Source: a virus
Length of the DNA: 64,000 bases
Strand: one strand, 5' to 3'
IMG/VR virus record: IMGVR_UViG_3300028559_000033
Location: 4,613 to 68,612 of that record
Positions 46,047-56,113 of the stretch are shown here, one piece after another (position 1 is the first letter of the stretch; each line of letters opens with the position of its first letter). A program made the translations under genes and the position numbers. The notes under the pieces are model-generated. The model worked only from the letters and a program-made list of their open reading frames with translations. It was not told the DNA's origin and ran no database searches.

Positions 46047-47870
46047 TTATGTGGAAGATAGGCTTGTGAGCAAAATACTTTTCATCACACTATTTAACAC
46101 CTGAGCACCACCGTCCGCTACTACAACTACAGAATCTCCAGAACCACCACCCCCACCTACTGGAACAATAGCAGGAGCAGACCTACCTCCACCACCACTT
46201 GTAGCAGATATGATAGACTGTTTCTCTATAATGTAAGTCTTTCCTTCCGAGTATATCGGATACTTTTCTATTTTAGGAAGTGGTCTAGGCGCAGAAGCCA
46301 TCACATTTTGTGGTAATATTGAAGATTGTAGCTGATTTGAAGTTGATTTGATAGGTGTTGACCTAACAGGTTGACTTCTTGAAGCTGGCTGTGATGAAGC
46401 AACAGTTGGAGGTTTCTGTGATTCATTCATTTTGGGAAGATGAATATCAACTCCTGCTCCTTGAGTTTTATTTTCCTTATTATTCTTATCACTATTTTGC
46501 TTCGCCTTATCCTTAGCTAAAGGAGAAGGTAATCTTATTGCACTTCCTCCAGGACCAATCCCTGCGTTTAGCGGATTTATAGCAGAGTTACCCTTAATCA
46601 CTTCAAAGTGTAAATGTGTGGCACGTCCTGCAGGAACTAACTTAGCTATTTGTTGGCCACCATATACTATATCACCAACTCCTACAAGAGGAGTTATATG
46701 AAAATATCTAGTTCTTGTTCCATCTCCGTGATCTATTGCCATTCCTGTGTCATGACCTTTTCCTGTAATATAAATAACTTTTCCTGTTTTATATGCAACA
46801 ACAGGAGCATCTAGAGCACCTTTCTGATTCGTCATATCCAAACCTTGATGTGGCCCGTGCCATCTAGGAGCACCAAAAGCCTGCCCCTTACCTACTATTC
46901 CATTAGTTCCAACATCTCCCCCAGGAAGAGGAAAAAATGTAGTTCCATCAACTGGACCACCATAACCCTCTTCAGGAGAAATTTCTGGGTCTTCTGGGTA
47001 TTCTGCAGGCTCATCATATGGATTATTCTCATCTACTCCCATAAGTGAGCCAATATTTTCGACAAAATCCACAAATTTAGAAACAGATTGCTCAAAATTT
47101 TTCAGTATCATATCAAATGAATTGTCCATGATACTTGTGGACGAAGTTCTATTGAGTTTAGATCTACTTGCATTCTGAAGTTTTTCTTTCTGCTTCTGTT
47201 CTACTCTTCCAGCTCCAGATATAGAATCATAGATTCTATCACCAGTCCATCCTCCTAGAAACCCTCCCGCAGTTCCTAATGCGGCACCTAATACAAAGCC
47301 TAAGCCTGGAACTGGAACTAACGCCTGTCCAATAGCACCCGCAAGTAGAGTTCCTGCAAGTCCACCCGCAACTCCCCCTACTAATGACCCAGCAGCACCA
47401 GAACCAGCTTTTCCAACACTTTCTCCTGAAGAAATTCCCTGGGCAAAATCAATGCCCGCAAATAATGTATTAATGATTCCTAAGCCGCGAATTCCACCAA
47501 GCTTAAGTTTGTTTCCAGTTAATTTTGGTTTAGGTTGCGCCCCGCCAGATTTTGGTGGCTTTCCTATTTTCTCACCTTTACCTGGGAAAAATCCAGAAAT
47601 AAGTCCACCAATATCTAATGCACCATTAAATAAACTGGATAATAATCCTCCAATAGACCCAAAGGTATTCACAATATTCAAATTACCAAGCTCTTTCACC
47701 TTCCTCTTACTTGGAAGTTTAACTTGCTCTAACTCAATCTTACGAATACTCAAAAATGAAGAGAAATCATCAAAATCCTTCTGCATTTTAGGTAAGACTC
47801 CCTTAGAACTTACACCGAAGTTTACAATATTATTTGCAGCAGAACCTAAAAGAGAAGAAGTAATAGCCAT
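46047..47870 (-). CDS. Tail / tape-measure-like protein with M23 peptidase domain
   Basis: Gly/Ala-rich hydrophobic segment plus HQGLD, TRYFH and HLHFEV M23 motifs. Confidence 0.8.
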   Translation of the reverse strand: MAITSSLLGSAANNIVNFGVSSKGVLPKMQKDFDDFSSFLSIRKIELEQVKLPSKRKVKELGNLNIVNTFGSIGGLLSSLFNGALDIGGLISGFFPGKGEKIGKPPKSGGAQPKPKLTGNKLKLGGIRGLGIINTLFAGIDFAQGISSGESVGKAGSGAAGSLVGGVAGGLAGTLLAGAIGQALVPVPGLGFVLGAALGTAGGFLGGWTGDRIYDSISGAGRVEQKQKEKLQNASRSKLNRTSSTSIMDNSFDMILKNFEQSVSKFVDFVENIGSLMGVDENNPYDEPAEYPEDPEISPEEGYGGPVDGTTFFPLPGGDVGTNGIVGKGQAFGAPRWHGPHQGLDMTNQKGALDAPVVAYKTGKVIYITGKGHDTGMAIDHGDGTRTRYFHITPLVGVGDIVYGGQQIAKLVPAGRATHLHFEVIKGNSAINPLNAGIGPGGSAIRLPSPLAKDKAKQNSDKNNKENKTQGAGVDIHLPKMNESQKPPTVASSQPASRSQPVRSTPIKSTSNQLQSSILPQNVMASAPRPLPKIEKYPIYSEGKTYIIEKQSIISATSGGGGRSAPAIVPVGGGGGSGDSVVVVADGGAQVLNSVMKSILLTSLSST

Positions 47871-49771
47871 TATCCGTCAACTATATTATACACAATGCGA
47901 GAATACATTGTTAGAAAATTATCTGGATTTCCAGTTGGTAATGCTGGTAAGTCTAGAGTTCCACCATCATCATTTGAAGGAGGACTGACAATTCCTCCAG
48001 GACTGGCCTGAGACTGTTCTTGACCTCCACCAATGTTGACCACATTAGGGGGTAGTGTAATGGTTGTAGGTGTCTGCTGAGCTGGCTTAGAGATAGTTTG
48101 GGCTCTTGCGGCTTGTCTAGTTGCTGTTGATTTTGGAGTGGTTATTGCTGAAGTTTGAGTTGCTGTTGATTTTGGAGTGGTTATTGTTGAAGTTTGAGTT
48201 GGAGTTGGTATTGTTGAAGTTTGAGTAACTTTTCCAGTTGGTTGTGAACCTAAGGTTCCTACTGGACCAGTAAAGTTATAAAAATAATTTCCACCAGCTC
48301 TGATATTAACGTCTCCTGGTTTTGCAATAGATTTGGCTCCAAAATTTAAAGCACCCTTAACATTTTTTCTTGAGGCTTCCAAATACTTAGGGTCATTCAA
48401 TATTGTTCCGGCAACATTAGGTGAACCTCCACCAAGAATTTTCTGAAGTCTATTGAATCCATCTGGTTTTTCTGCCTCTTGCTGCAGATATTTAAATTTT
48501 TCATTCGGAGTGTTTCCAGGTATTTTTGATGCAATTGGACCATATTTTGCTCTAGCATCTGGGTCTTCGCTGTTTCCAAAAATTGCAGCAGAAATTGGAG
48601 AAAATTGGTCAAATCCAGATAAAACTCCTGCTAACCCTTTACCATATTTTCCAGATGCTGAACGATTTAGCATTACTTGCAACGCATCGGCAGCATTTTC
48701 TGGAGAAGACGCCTCCATAGATGCGACAAATGCTGCTAGTTTTTCATCTCTTGGAGCAGAACTTACTGCGGTTAACTCACCTTCACCACTAGGACTAGGA
48801 CCTCTACCCTTGCTTCTACTCCCAGAACCACCTCCACCTCTACTATTAGAAGAAGATTTAGAACCTTTTATCAGTCCTTCAATTGCAGATGAGAATTTAT
48901 CAATAATACTCATCATAGAATTTACAAATCCTTCTGGTATACTTTGCTCTGATGGAGCAGCATCAACTCTTGAACTCAACAATTCATCCTGATATTGTTG
49001 AGCTTTAGCTGCTCCAGAAGACATCATACCTGCCGCTGTTGTTCCTGCGCCTAATAACCCAAGTCCAGCCATTGCCCCATAATTTGCTCCTCTGGAAACA
49101 TTACGAACAGCAGAACCACCAGCTTTTTTTAGATTTGCTCCTGGAATATTTACATCAAGATTCAATCCTCCAGAATTTGGAGAAGCACTAGGAAGATTGG
49201 ATAACTGCTTTACAATCTTTACAATAGTTTCACGTAAAACTTTGGCGATATCAAAAGTTTCAGTAAAAATTTCTCTCAAAGAGCGTAAACTATTACGAAC
49301 TACTTCAATATTTTTCTTATTACCAAAATAATTGATAAATTCAATATTAGTTTTATACGAATCTAAAGATTTTCTTAAGCTTGTGCTCTGTATCTGAGAA
49401 ACTGGTGAATTTGAACTTACAACAGAATTGAGAGATTTACCAGAAGACGCTCCAGATTCAAGTGTAGCTAGTCTAGACTCAAGTTCTTTTCTTAGATTTT
49501 GAATTTGCCCGTCATAATCATTTTTTGTAAAATTTACTGCAGTCTGCAAAGTACTATCTACTTGACTGAGTATATTCTTAGAAATATTTGATATTAATTG
49601 ACTAAGATTACTGGAAGAAGCGGATACTCCTGACCTAGAAAAATTAACTATCTTATTTGCCGCATCTTCAACACTAGATGAAGAATTTTGACCCAACATA
49701 AATCTACCAAAGTCACCAGAAGATGACTTCTTATTGATAATATTATTCGGATTTAATGTGCTTGTAAGCAT
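47870..49771 (-). CDS. Tail / tape-measure-like protein with SleB/CwlJ-like cell wall hydrolase domain
   Basis: VASMEA....ADALQVMLNR...VLSG..QFSP motif. Confidence 0.7.
   Translation of the reverse strand: MLTSTLNPNNIINKKSSSGDFGRFMLGQNSSSSVEDAANKIVNFSRSGVSASSSNLSQLISNISKNILSQVDSTLQTAVNFTKNDYDGQIQNLRKELESRLATLESGASSGKSLNSVVSSNSPVSQIQSTSLRKSLDSYKTNIEFINYFGNKKNIEVVRNSLRSLREIFTETFDIAKVLRETIVKIVKQLSNLPSASPNSGGLNLDVNIPGANLKKAGGSAVRNVSRGANYGAMAGLGLLGAGTTAAGMMSSGAAKAQQYQDELLSSRVDAAPSEQSIPEGFVNSMMSIIDKFSSAIEGLIKGSKSSSNSRGGGGSGSRSKGRGPSPSGEGELTAVSSAPRDEKLAAFVASMEASSPENAADALQVMLNRSASGKYGKGLAGVLSGFDQFSPISAAIFGNSEDPDARAKYGPIASKIPGNTPNEKFKYLQQEAEKPDGFNRLQKILGGGSPNVAGTILNDPKYLEASRKNVKGALNFGAKSIAKPGDVNIRAGGNYFYNFTGPVGTLGSQPTGKVTQTSTIPTPTQTSTITTPKSTATQTSAITTPKSTATRQAARAQTISKPAQQTPTTITLPPNVVNIGGGQEQSQASPGGIVSPPSNDDGGTLDLPALPTGNPDNFLTMYSRIVYNIVDG
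48120..48226 (-). repeat. 39-nt coding tandem repeat (TQTS.ITTPKSTA)
   Basis: GTTGCTGTTGATTTTGGAGTGGTTATTG(C/T)TGAAGTTTGA twice plus a partial copy. Confidence 0.8.
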
Positions 49772-49777
49772 TTGAAT

Positions 49778-49939
49778 TTACTTTTTGTTGGATTCATCTT
49801 CTATATGTTGCTCTAGAAGTCCTAAATATATCTCTCTTTCCCAGGGAACAATATCATCAAGTTCACTAATTGGCCATTTGTGAAACTGTCTCACAGCAAA
49901 ATTAATCTTAAACACACTTTCAAGGTCAATATAACTCAT
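49778..49939 (-). CDS. gp51: Baseplate hub assembly protein gp51 (short cyanophage type)
   Basis: Read by hand: MSYIDLESVFKINFAVRQFHKWPISELDDIVPWEREIYLGLLEQHIEDESNKK*; PWEREIY signature, directly after gp26. Confidence 0.8.
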   Translation of the reverse strand: MSYIDLESVFKINFAVRQFHKWPISELDDIVPWEREIYLGLLEQHIEDESNKK

Positions 49940-49941
49940 AC

Positions 49942-50670
49942 TCAAGTAAAAAAACTGGTCAGTCCCTTTAACTGAACTGCATTTTTAACTTTAGTTTTGG
50001 GATTCACTACCTCAAACTCATAGGAAAGAACAGGCATTGTTTGAAAAAAGTTTTCAATGGCTGAAAACTGACTATTCGTCATAGTTTCAATGTAATCCAT
50101 CAGTTCCTTCTTTGAACAATCCTTGGCGCTCCAGCTCTCATCTTCACTGAAAACTACGTCCATACAAGAGGATATAATTTCAAGAGACCTATCAATATTT
50201 GCAACTGAATTTTCCTGAGTAAATTCAAAATTGTTGTTTATAAATTCTTCTAATGAGGGATATTTCATTCTCAATATTAAATCCGAACCCAAAGATATAT
50301 CTTGAGTATGATTAGGATTTTTTACAACCTGAATTTGGTCGATAAAAATTGTGACTGGAACTTGAGTTTCACCATCATCTGCACAAGTTACAATCAAATC
50401 AATACTTTCACCAACAGACTTACCTCTCACATTTAGAAAAATATATTCAATATCAAATGTTGGAAGTTCTTCAACTTTTATATTCCGAGTTAGAATACAA
50501 GCTTTCAGAATTTGCTTAATAGCAGAAGTAATTTGCTTCACATCCTTACTCTCTAATGCAATTAAAAGAATTTTCTCTTCTTTCACTAGAAATGGACGAT
50601 ATTTTATACTTTTTCCAGTAGACGGAAGCTCTAATGAAAACTCTTGAGTCACAATTTTTGGTAAAGGCAC
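49942..50670 (-). CDS. gp26: Baseplate hub subunit gp26
   Basis: LELPSTG..IKYRPFLVKEEKILL, DIEYIFL..RGKSVGE. Confidence 0.92.
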   Translation of the reverse strand: MPLPKIVTQEFSLELPSTGKSIKYRPFLVKEEKILLIALESKDVKQITSAIKQILKACILTRNIKVEELPTFDIEYIFLNVRGKSVGESIDLIVTCADDGETQVPVTIFIDQIQVVKNPNHTQDISLGSDLILRMKYPSLEEFINNNFEFTQENSVANIDRSLEIISSCMDVVFSEDESWSAKDCSKKELMDYIETMTNSQFSAIENFFQTMPVLSYEFEVVNPKTKVKNAVQLKGLTSFFT

Positions 50671-50700
50671 TTTAATAATCTAATACACTTACGTTATTTA

Positions 50701-51492
50701 TTAAGGTGGTAGCTCCCGTCGATTTCTCTCAATCACATATCTAGAATATTTAAATTCAATAATAGATTTTGTTACTATACTACCTTGATATGTAACAGGT
50801 ATAGATGCAATATTTGATGGAAATGCATCAATCATACGATATGTAATGGAAGTTTGCCTATTTGCGCCCGTTCCTAATATACCCAGAGACTTAGACTTAT
50901 CTATGAAAAAATCTCGTTCAAACTTAGTTACCGAAATGATTCTTTTATATTCATTTGGGTATCTTAATCTGAAAAAATCTGACCTATTCTTAGCACCCCC
51001 ATATCCAGACCCAATAGAATTAGGAGTTGCCTCGCCAGCAGAAGTATAAATTGGATTGATAAAATTCATCCACTCTTCAAATAGCCGAATCATACGATAT
51101 TCACTATCTACATAAAACTCCATACTAAATGGAGGAAACTCTCTTCTTGCTGGAAACGTCTCCTTAACTCCCTGACGACTTCCAATTTCATCAAATGTAT
51201 TAAATGCTGCTCCAGGAAGACTGGTATCCGAGCACATAAAGTCATATGATGTAACTTTATCCGAATTATCTAATAATCCATCTTTCGCTAACCAACTCTC
51301 CAAATCGGAGATTCCATTTGGAGATAAATGTAGAGAAACTTTAAATTGACTGGTGACGGAAATTTCACCAATCATATCCAATGCCGATTTCAACAGAGCA
51401 CGGTCAGACCTAACCTTCCCAGAAATTGGTGTATAAAATAATCCAACTGAAGGTTGTCCTGAACTTACCAACTGGTCTTTTTGAGCGGGCAT
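50701..51492 (-). CDS. Tail tube initiator / tube-fold protein (gp54-like)
   Basis: CSDTSLPG, FYVD.....IRLFEEW.NFI, DAFP...F.Y tube-fold motifs; divergent from gp4. Confidence 0.7.
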   Translation of the reverse strand: MPAQKDQLVSSGQPSVGLFYTPISGKVRSDRALLKSALDMIGEISVTSQFKVSLHLSPNGISDLESWLAKDGLLDNSDKVTSYDFMCSDTSLPGAAFNTFDEIGSRQGVKETFPARREFPPFSMEFYVDSEYRMIRLFEEWMNFINPIYTSAGEATPNSIGSGYGGAKNRSDFFRLRYPNEYKRIISVTKFERDFFIDKSKSLGILGTGANRQTSITYRMIDAFPSNIASIPVTYQGSIVTKSIIEFKYSRYVIERNRRELPP

Positions 51493-51520
51493 CTAAATAC
51501 TATGAAGCTTCTTTATATTT

Positions 51521-51967
51521 ATGGTGTCTTATCGTCAGGGTAAATTTAAACCCAAGAATCCAGATAAGTATGGTGGAGACCCAACAAATATAGTTTTTAG
51601 AAGTTCATATGAACTTAAGATGTTTGAATACTGTGATTTAACAGAAAGTGTTAAATCTTGGGGAAGTGAAGAAAAATTTATAGTCTATCTTGACCCAGTA
51701 TCTGGAAAATATAAGAGATACTTTCCCGACATTTTTATGAAATATATAGACGCAGAAGGAAAACTAAAGAAATTGGTAGTAGAAATTAAGCCAAAAAAAG
51801 ATTTGATTGAGCCAGAAAAAAATCCAAAACGAAAAACTAAATCTTGGGTATATCAAGTTCAAATGTGGGCAAGAAATCAGGCAAAATGGTCTGCGGCAAA
51901 AGAATGGTGTAAACATAATGACCACGAATTCAGAATTTTCAGCGAATATCAGTTGGGAATAAAATGA
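51521..51967 (+). CDS. gp4: Head completion nuclease gp4
   Basis: GKFKPKNP.KY.GDPTNIV.RSS.E, WGSEE, RYFPD, VEIKP, NQAKW.AA. Confidence 0.95.
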   Translation: MVSYRQGKFKPKNPDKYGGDPTNIVFRSSYELKMFEYCDLTESVKSWGSEEKFIVYLDPVSGKYKRYFPDIFMKYIDAEGKLKKLVVEIKPKKDLIEPEKNPKRKTKSWVYQVQMWARNQAKWSAAKEWCKHNDHEFRIFSEYQLGIK

Positions 51968-52485
51968 ACATCTACGAAGAAATACGAAAAAGTGCAGGGA
52001 AATCTGGGTATAAGTCGTCGGATTGGTATACCAATTCTCTAATGAATTCTCTAAAAGACTATCAGAAAAAGAATATCAATCAAGCAGACACCTTCTTTAT
52101 TGACCCAGGAGACTTCGTATTTTTTCTATACTCAGCAAAATACCCACAAAAATATAAATTTTGGGACCAACATCCATTGGTCTATATTATAGAAATTAAT
52201 CCAAGACAAGGAATATTCCTAGGGTCCAATGTTCACTATTTAAATCCAAGCTATCGCAAGGGAGTAGCTGAATCATACCTAAATAAGAAAGGCCAAGTTA
52301 ATGCTCCAAGAAAAACTTTGAAGAATTATCTCTTCGGAAATGTAATTACTGATTTCTTCAAAGTTCCAGACAATCAATGGGGAGATATTTCACTACTACC
52401 AACTGAAAAATTTGTAAATTCTTTAGGACAATCTGTTCCAAAATATAAAGTATGGGATTACCCAGATAGCCTATCCTCACCATAA
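51964..52485 (+). CDS. gp2: DNA end protector gp2-like protein
   Basis: FFLY.AK.....WDQHPLV...G.FLG.N.HYL and LLPTEKFV; follows gp4. Confidence 0.7.
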   Translation: MNIYEEIRKSAGKSGYKSSDWYTNSLMNSLKDYQKKNINQADTFFIDPGDFVFFLYSAKYPQKYKFWDQHPLVYIIEINPRQGIFLGSNVHYLNPSYRKGVAESYLNKKGQVNAPRKTLKNYLFGNVITDFFKVPDNQWGDISLLPTEKFVNSLGQSVPKYKVWDYPDSLSSP

Positions 52486-53991
52486 ATGTCATATATCACG
52501 ATAAACGAAAATTTTTATAGGTGCGAAACTTGTGGTCCTGGAGGATTGAAGCTTGCATTGCAATATGACCCAACAACGGGAGTGCATAGGCTTATTGAAA
52601 AAAATGCATTTGGTATAGGCCCTGCAGTGTTTTATCAAAATGGAACATATTATTCAGATGCAGTTCAAGACCCAAATCTATTCACAAATAAAGACCCTAC
52701 TAAACTGACTCCAGCAGGACAGGAGCTAAGTGATAAAATACGAACAACAGTATATTCCACATATACAACTTTAGGTGGGCAGACTAAAGGTAATGTAACA
52801 GATGATAGTACAAAGCCACCCAATCAATCAGGTACACCAAAAGTTACAAATGCTGCAGTAGGCACTTCTCCTGGAATTGCGGGAAATGCTCCAGGATTAT
52901 CAAATCCACCAGGACAAGGAAATTTAGTTGACATAATATCTCCACTAGAGCCTCTCAAACCATTCAACTATGCACAAAGCCCATCGTCAAGAAAACAAGA
53001 AATAATATCATATCCAGATGGATTGCTTAAAAATAATCAAGATACACTCAAAATTCAAGAAATAATTTATAAGCCACCCAATGAAAATCTATTCACTGGG
53101 ACGACTACAAATATTAAAGATTTACTCAGTAAAGGATTAACTCGTGGAACTACAATTGCAGATACTGGAGCCACAATTTATCTACCTATTCCAAATAATG
53201 CTAGAGATAGTAATAATGTGAGTTGGGGAGATGATAATATGAATTCTACGACCGCTGCTGCTGCTTCATTGGTATCTCAAAAACCCGCAGACTTCACAGC
53301 AGGACTCGTAGGAGCAGAAGGACTTCAATCAATATTAAATCAAGCTGGACTTGGTGGATTAGCAGAATTAGCGGGAAGAATTCCACAGGCAGCAATGCTT
53401 GGTATGTTAGCAAGTAATGCAGTAGGAAGTAATGATGGCTTAAATCTACTCAAAACCTCTCTACAGTCATTAATTTTGAGTAAATATGGATTTGATGTTT
53501 CTCCAGAAAGCATACTCGCCAGAGGATTTGGAGTAGTGCCCAATACTAATTTACAACTACTATTTAATAATGTAACTCTCAGGTCATTTACTTTTCCATA
53601 TATTATGAGTCCAAGAACTAAAGACGAATCCATAAAAGTGAATAAAATTCTAAGAGTATTTAAGCAAGGAATGGCCGCAAAAAAGAGAATAGCTCAAGCT
53701 GGAGGGCCTTCATTATTTCTAGGAACACCCAATGTATACAAATTGGAATATTTGACAACAGGAGGAAGCTCAATCAAAGGAATAAATAAATTTAAAATAT
53801 GTGCGTTAACTTCATTTAATGTAAATTATACTCCAACAAATGAATGGTTAGCATATAATGAAGGACAACCAGCTTCCGTAATTATGGAATTAACCTTCAA
53901 AGAAATTGAGCCCATCTTTGATAATGATTATCAAGAAAATCCTGAACTAAAAGATTTGGCTTCTGTACCAGACGACCATATAGGATATTGA
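52486..53991 (+). CDS. gp48: Baseplate tail tube cap gp48
   Basis: IYLPIP...D.N.VSW, NLQLLF....LRSFTF...PR, CALTS..VNYTP, LTFKEIEP. Confidence 0.9.
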   Translation: MSYITINENFYRCETCGPGGLKLALQYDPTTGVHRLIEKNAFGIGPAVFYQNGTYYSDAVQDPNLFTNKDPTKLTPAGQELSDKIRTTVYSTYTTLGGQTKGNVTDDSTKPPNQSGTPKVTNAAVGTSPGIAGNAPGLSNPPGQGNLVDIISPLEPLKPFNYAQSPSSRKQEIISYPDGLLKNNQDTLKIQEIIYKPPNENLFTGTTTNIKDLLSKGLTRGTTIADTGATIYLPIPNNARDSNNVSWGDDNMNSTTAAAASLVSQKPADFTAGLVGAEGLQSILNQAGLGGLAELAGRIPQAAMLGMLASNAVGSNDGLNLLKTSLQSLILSKYGFDVSPESILARGFGVVPNTNLQLLFNNVTLRSFTFPYIMSPRTKDESIKVNKILRVFKQGMAAKKRIAQAGGPSLFLGTPNVYKLEYLTTGGSSIKGINKFKICALTSFNVNYTPTNEWLAYNEGQPASVIMELTFKEIEPIFDNDYQENPELKDLASVPDDHIGY

Positions 53992-53992
53992 T

Positions 53993-54853
53993 ATGGCTTA
54001 TTTTAAAGAGCTTCCAGCTATAAAAATTAAATCTCAAGTTATAGATAAAACTTCGTCAGAAGAATATGCTACAATTAAAAACTTCTGGAGAAGAGCTAAA
54101 CTTCGTGAAGATATTGGAAATTTTAGTGATATTTTTGCGCCTTATCAAATTAGTGAAAACGAACGCCCAGACCAAATTGCGGAGAAGTTCTATGGAGATT
54201 CGGAATTAGATTGGGTAATTCTAACCACCAATAATATTATAAATTTAAACAATGAATGGCCATTAGATAATAACACTCTATATGAGTATTTGTTGGAAAA
54301 ATATGGAAGTGAATCTGCACTTCTAGCTACTCATCACGTAGAAACTAATGAACTCCGAGATAACTTTAACCGAATTGTATTACCAAAAGGTCTTCAAGTA
54401 GACCCAGCACAAAACATTCCTACATCCGTAACTACAGAAGATGGTAAGACTAGTTATGAATTAGATGCATATCCACCACAAGACAATTTAACGACAATTG
54501 AAATTAATTTAATTCAAGTTCTGCCCGTTCTTCAGAGAGAAGAAGGTATTGTTCTTTATCCCATTCCTGATATAAATATAGAAACATCAAAACTTAAAGT
54601 ATATCCTAGAATAAATCCAATTATTGATGTGAATATAGATAATGATTTAGCAACATTCTGGCCATCTGGTTGGGGAGGGTCCTTTGAGGTATATGGTAGA
54701 GATGAAAACAAACTAATTATTGTGGAGGACTCCATCAATACCATATACAAAATTACATTAACGAATAGGCTATATGAAATTGTTGAAGTATTAGACCCCA
54801 TTACTCAAAAAATGATTCCTACATTCCGATTCAGATACCTACCACCTAGCTAA
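53993..54853 (+). CDS. gp53: Baseplate wedge gp53, N-terminal part with extra C-terminal domain
   Basis: MAYFKELP, ERPDQIAEKFYGD.ELDWVIL..NNI....EWP, KYG, HHVET. Confidence 0.88.
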   Translation: MAYFKELPAIKIKSQVIDKTSSEEYATIKNFWRRAKLREDIGNFSDIFAPYQISENERPDQIAEKFYGDSELDWVILTTNNIINLNNEWPLDNNTLYEYLLEKYGSESALLATHHVETNELRDNFNRIVLPKGLQVDPAQNIPTSVTTEDGKTSYELDAYPPQDNLTTIEINLIQVLPVLQREEGIVLYPIPDINIETSKLKVYPRINPIIDVNIDNDLATFWPSGWGGSFEVYGRDENKLIIVEDSINTIYKITLTNRLYEIVEVLDPITQKMIPTFRFRYLPPS

Positions 54854-54854
54854 T

Positions 54855-55118
54855 ATGATTGGACCATTACCAAACATTCAAATTGATTTTACCGTTGAAG
54901 ATTTTGGAGTAAACATCTCTGGGTCTGGAGGTGCAAGCAGATATTCTGGATTAACTTCAGTAACAAATTATGACTATGAAGTACAAAAAAATGAGGGTAA
55001 GAGAACTATCCTCATTCTTAAGCCCGAATTTCTCGGAGTATTCATATCTGATTTAAAAAATGTAATGAAGTACGATAAATCTTCTCAATTTGAAGATAGC
55101 ACAACAAAGAAAGTTTAA
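54855..55118 (+). CDS. gp53 C-terminal fragment as a separate ORF
   Basis: VTNYDYE...NE.KR.I.ILKP.FL..F..D....M.Y is the usual gp53 C-terminus. Confidence 0.75.
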   Translation: MIGPLPNIQIDFTVEDFGVNISGSGGASRYSGLTSVTNYDYEVQKNEGKRTILILKPEFLGVFISDLKNVMKYDKSSQFEDSTTKKV

Positions 55119-55119
55119 C

Positions 55120-56037
55120 TTACATTGCAGCTAACTTTGAGAAATAATCCAGTGCTGAATCAGCATCCTCGTCATCCTCATCATCAGAAACTTTAGCTGA
55201 AGCGGACTTGTTTACAGAATCATATTCCTGTTGAATTTCTTCTTGAAGTTCAGAATCAACTTTCTTTCTAGAAGCAGGAGCAGAGGTATTACCTAATACT
55301 AGGTCCAATCTTTGTTGAAGTGTATCATAGTCCTTGAAGTTAGTTTCTGCAACCAACTCAGTAATATTATGAAGCTGAGAATAAATTTTCTTCAATTCTG
55401 CCTCATCTCCACCTAGAAGTTCAGTGGAGGGTGCAAATTCAGAACTATCATAATTCCAATAACCATCCTTCTTCAAAACTTTAAGCTTGAAGTCTGCACC
55501 AGTCCAAAAATCAAATGGATTTAATGGAGTTTCGTCTTGAAATTTAGGACGAAGTGCAGCATCAATCTTTTCAAAGATTTTTTTACCAAACTTATAGATT
55601 TTAACTGTTCCTTCATTTTCTGGAGAATCCGAGTCCTTAAGAACTAGAATATTTGCATAATAGGAGAGTTTACGCTTACGTTCTCTCACGATATTCTGTT
55701 TTTGCTTGTCCCCTGTTGCCCAATCTACGGAATTGTTCGCACAAATCGCACATTTGCGACCAATGCTTGTGGGACAATTTTCAATTAACCATTGGCCACC
55801 AGGACCCTGAAATGCGTGACTAAACATTTGCACGTATTCATCTTCCCAATCAGCTCCTGCTGGAAGAAAACGAATCACGGCATAGCCAGTTTCGGTTTTC
55901 TTGCTTAGAGTAGGTTTCCAGAATCTCTCGTCATCCCTAATTTCTCCCGAGCCACTATTTAGTTTTTCAACTTGTTTAATGAGCTTCTCAGTCAGTGAGC
56001 CCATTTTTGATTTCTTTTTAAGTTCTTGAAAGTTCAT
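55120..56037 (-). CDS. gp32: Single-stranded DNA-binding protein gp32
   Basis: DERFWKP, GYAVIRFLP, HAFQGPGG.W.IENC, KFGKKIF, NYDSSEF, acidic tail. Confidence 0.97.
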   Translation of the reverse strand: MNFQELKKKSKMGSLTEKLIKQVEKLNSGSGEIRDDERFWKPTLSKKTETGYAVIRFLPAGADWEDEYVQMFSHAFQGPGGQWLIENCPTSIGRKCAICANNSVDWATGDKQKQNIVRERKRKLSYYANILVLKDSDSPENEGTVKIYKFGKKIFEKIDAALRPKFQDETPLNPFDFWTGADFKLKVLKKDGYWNYDSSEFAPSTELLGGDEAELKKIYSQLHNITELVAETNFKDYDTLQQRLDLVLGNTSAPASRKKVDSELQEEIQQEYDSVNKSASAKVSDDEDDEDADSALDYFSKLAAM

Positions 56038-56113
56038 TGTGTTTAATGTTCGTATAAATTGTATATGGCCTGTTGGATTAGCTTTAAGTGGATTTCCTAG
56101 CCACGATATTATT

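Noticed and set aside
9937-54801. Many short antisense or alternative-frame ORFs inside the large structural genes (e.g. 11581-11940, 31041-31382, 47452-47988, 48453-48992)
   Set aside because: They are shadows of the codon bias in Gly/Ser/Thr-rich genes, with no ribosome binding sites or motifs noticed.
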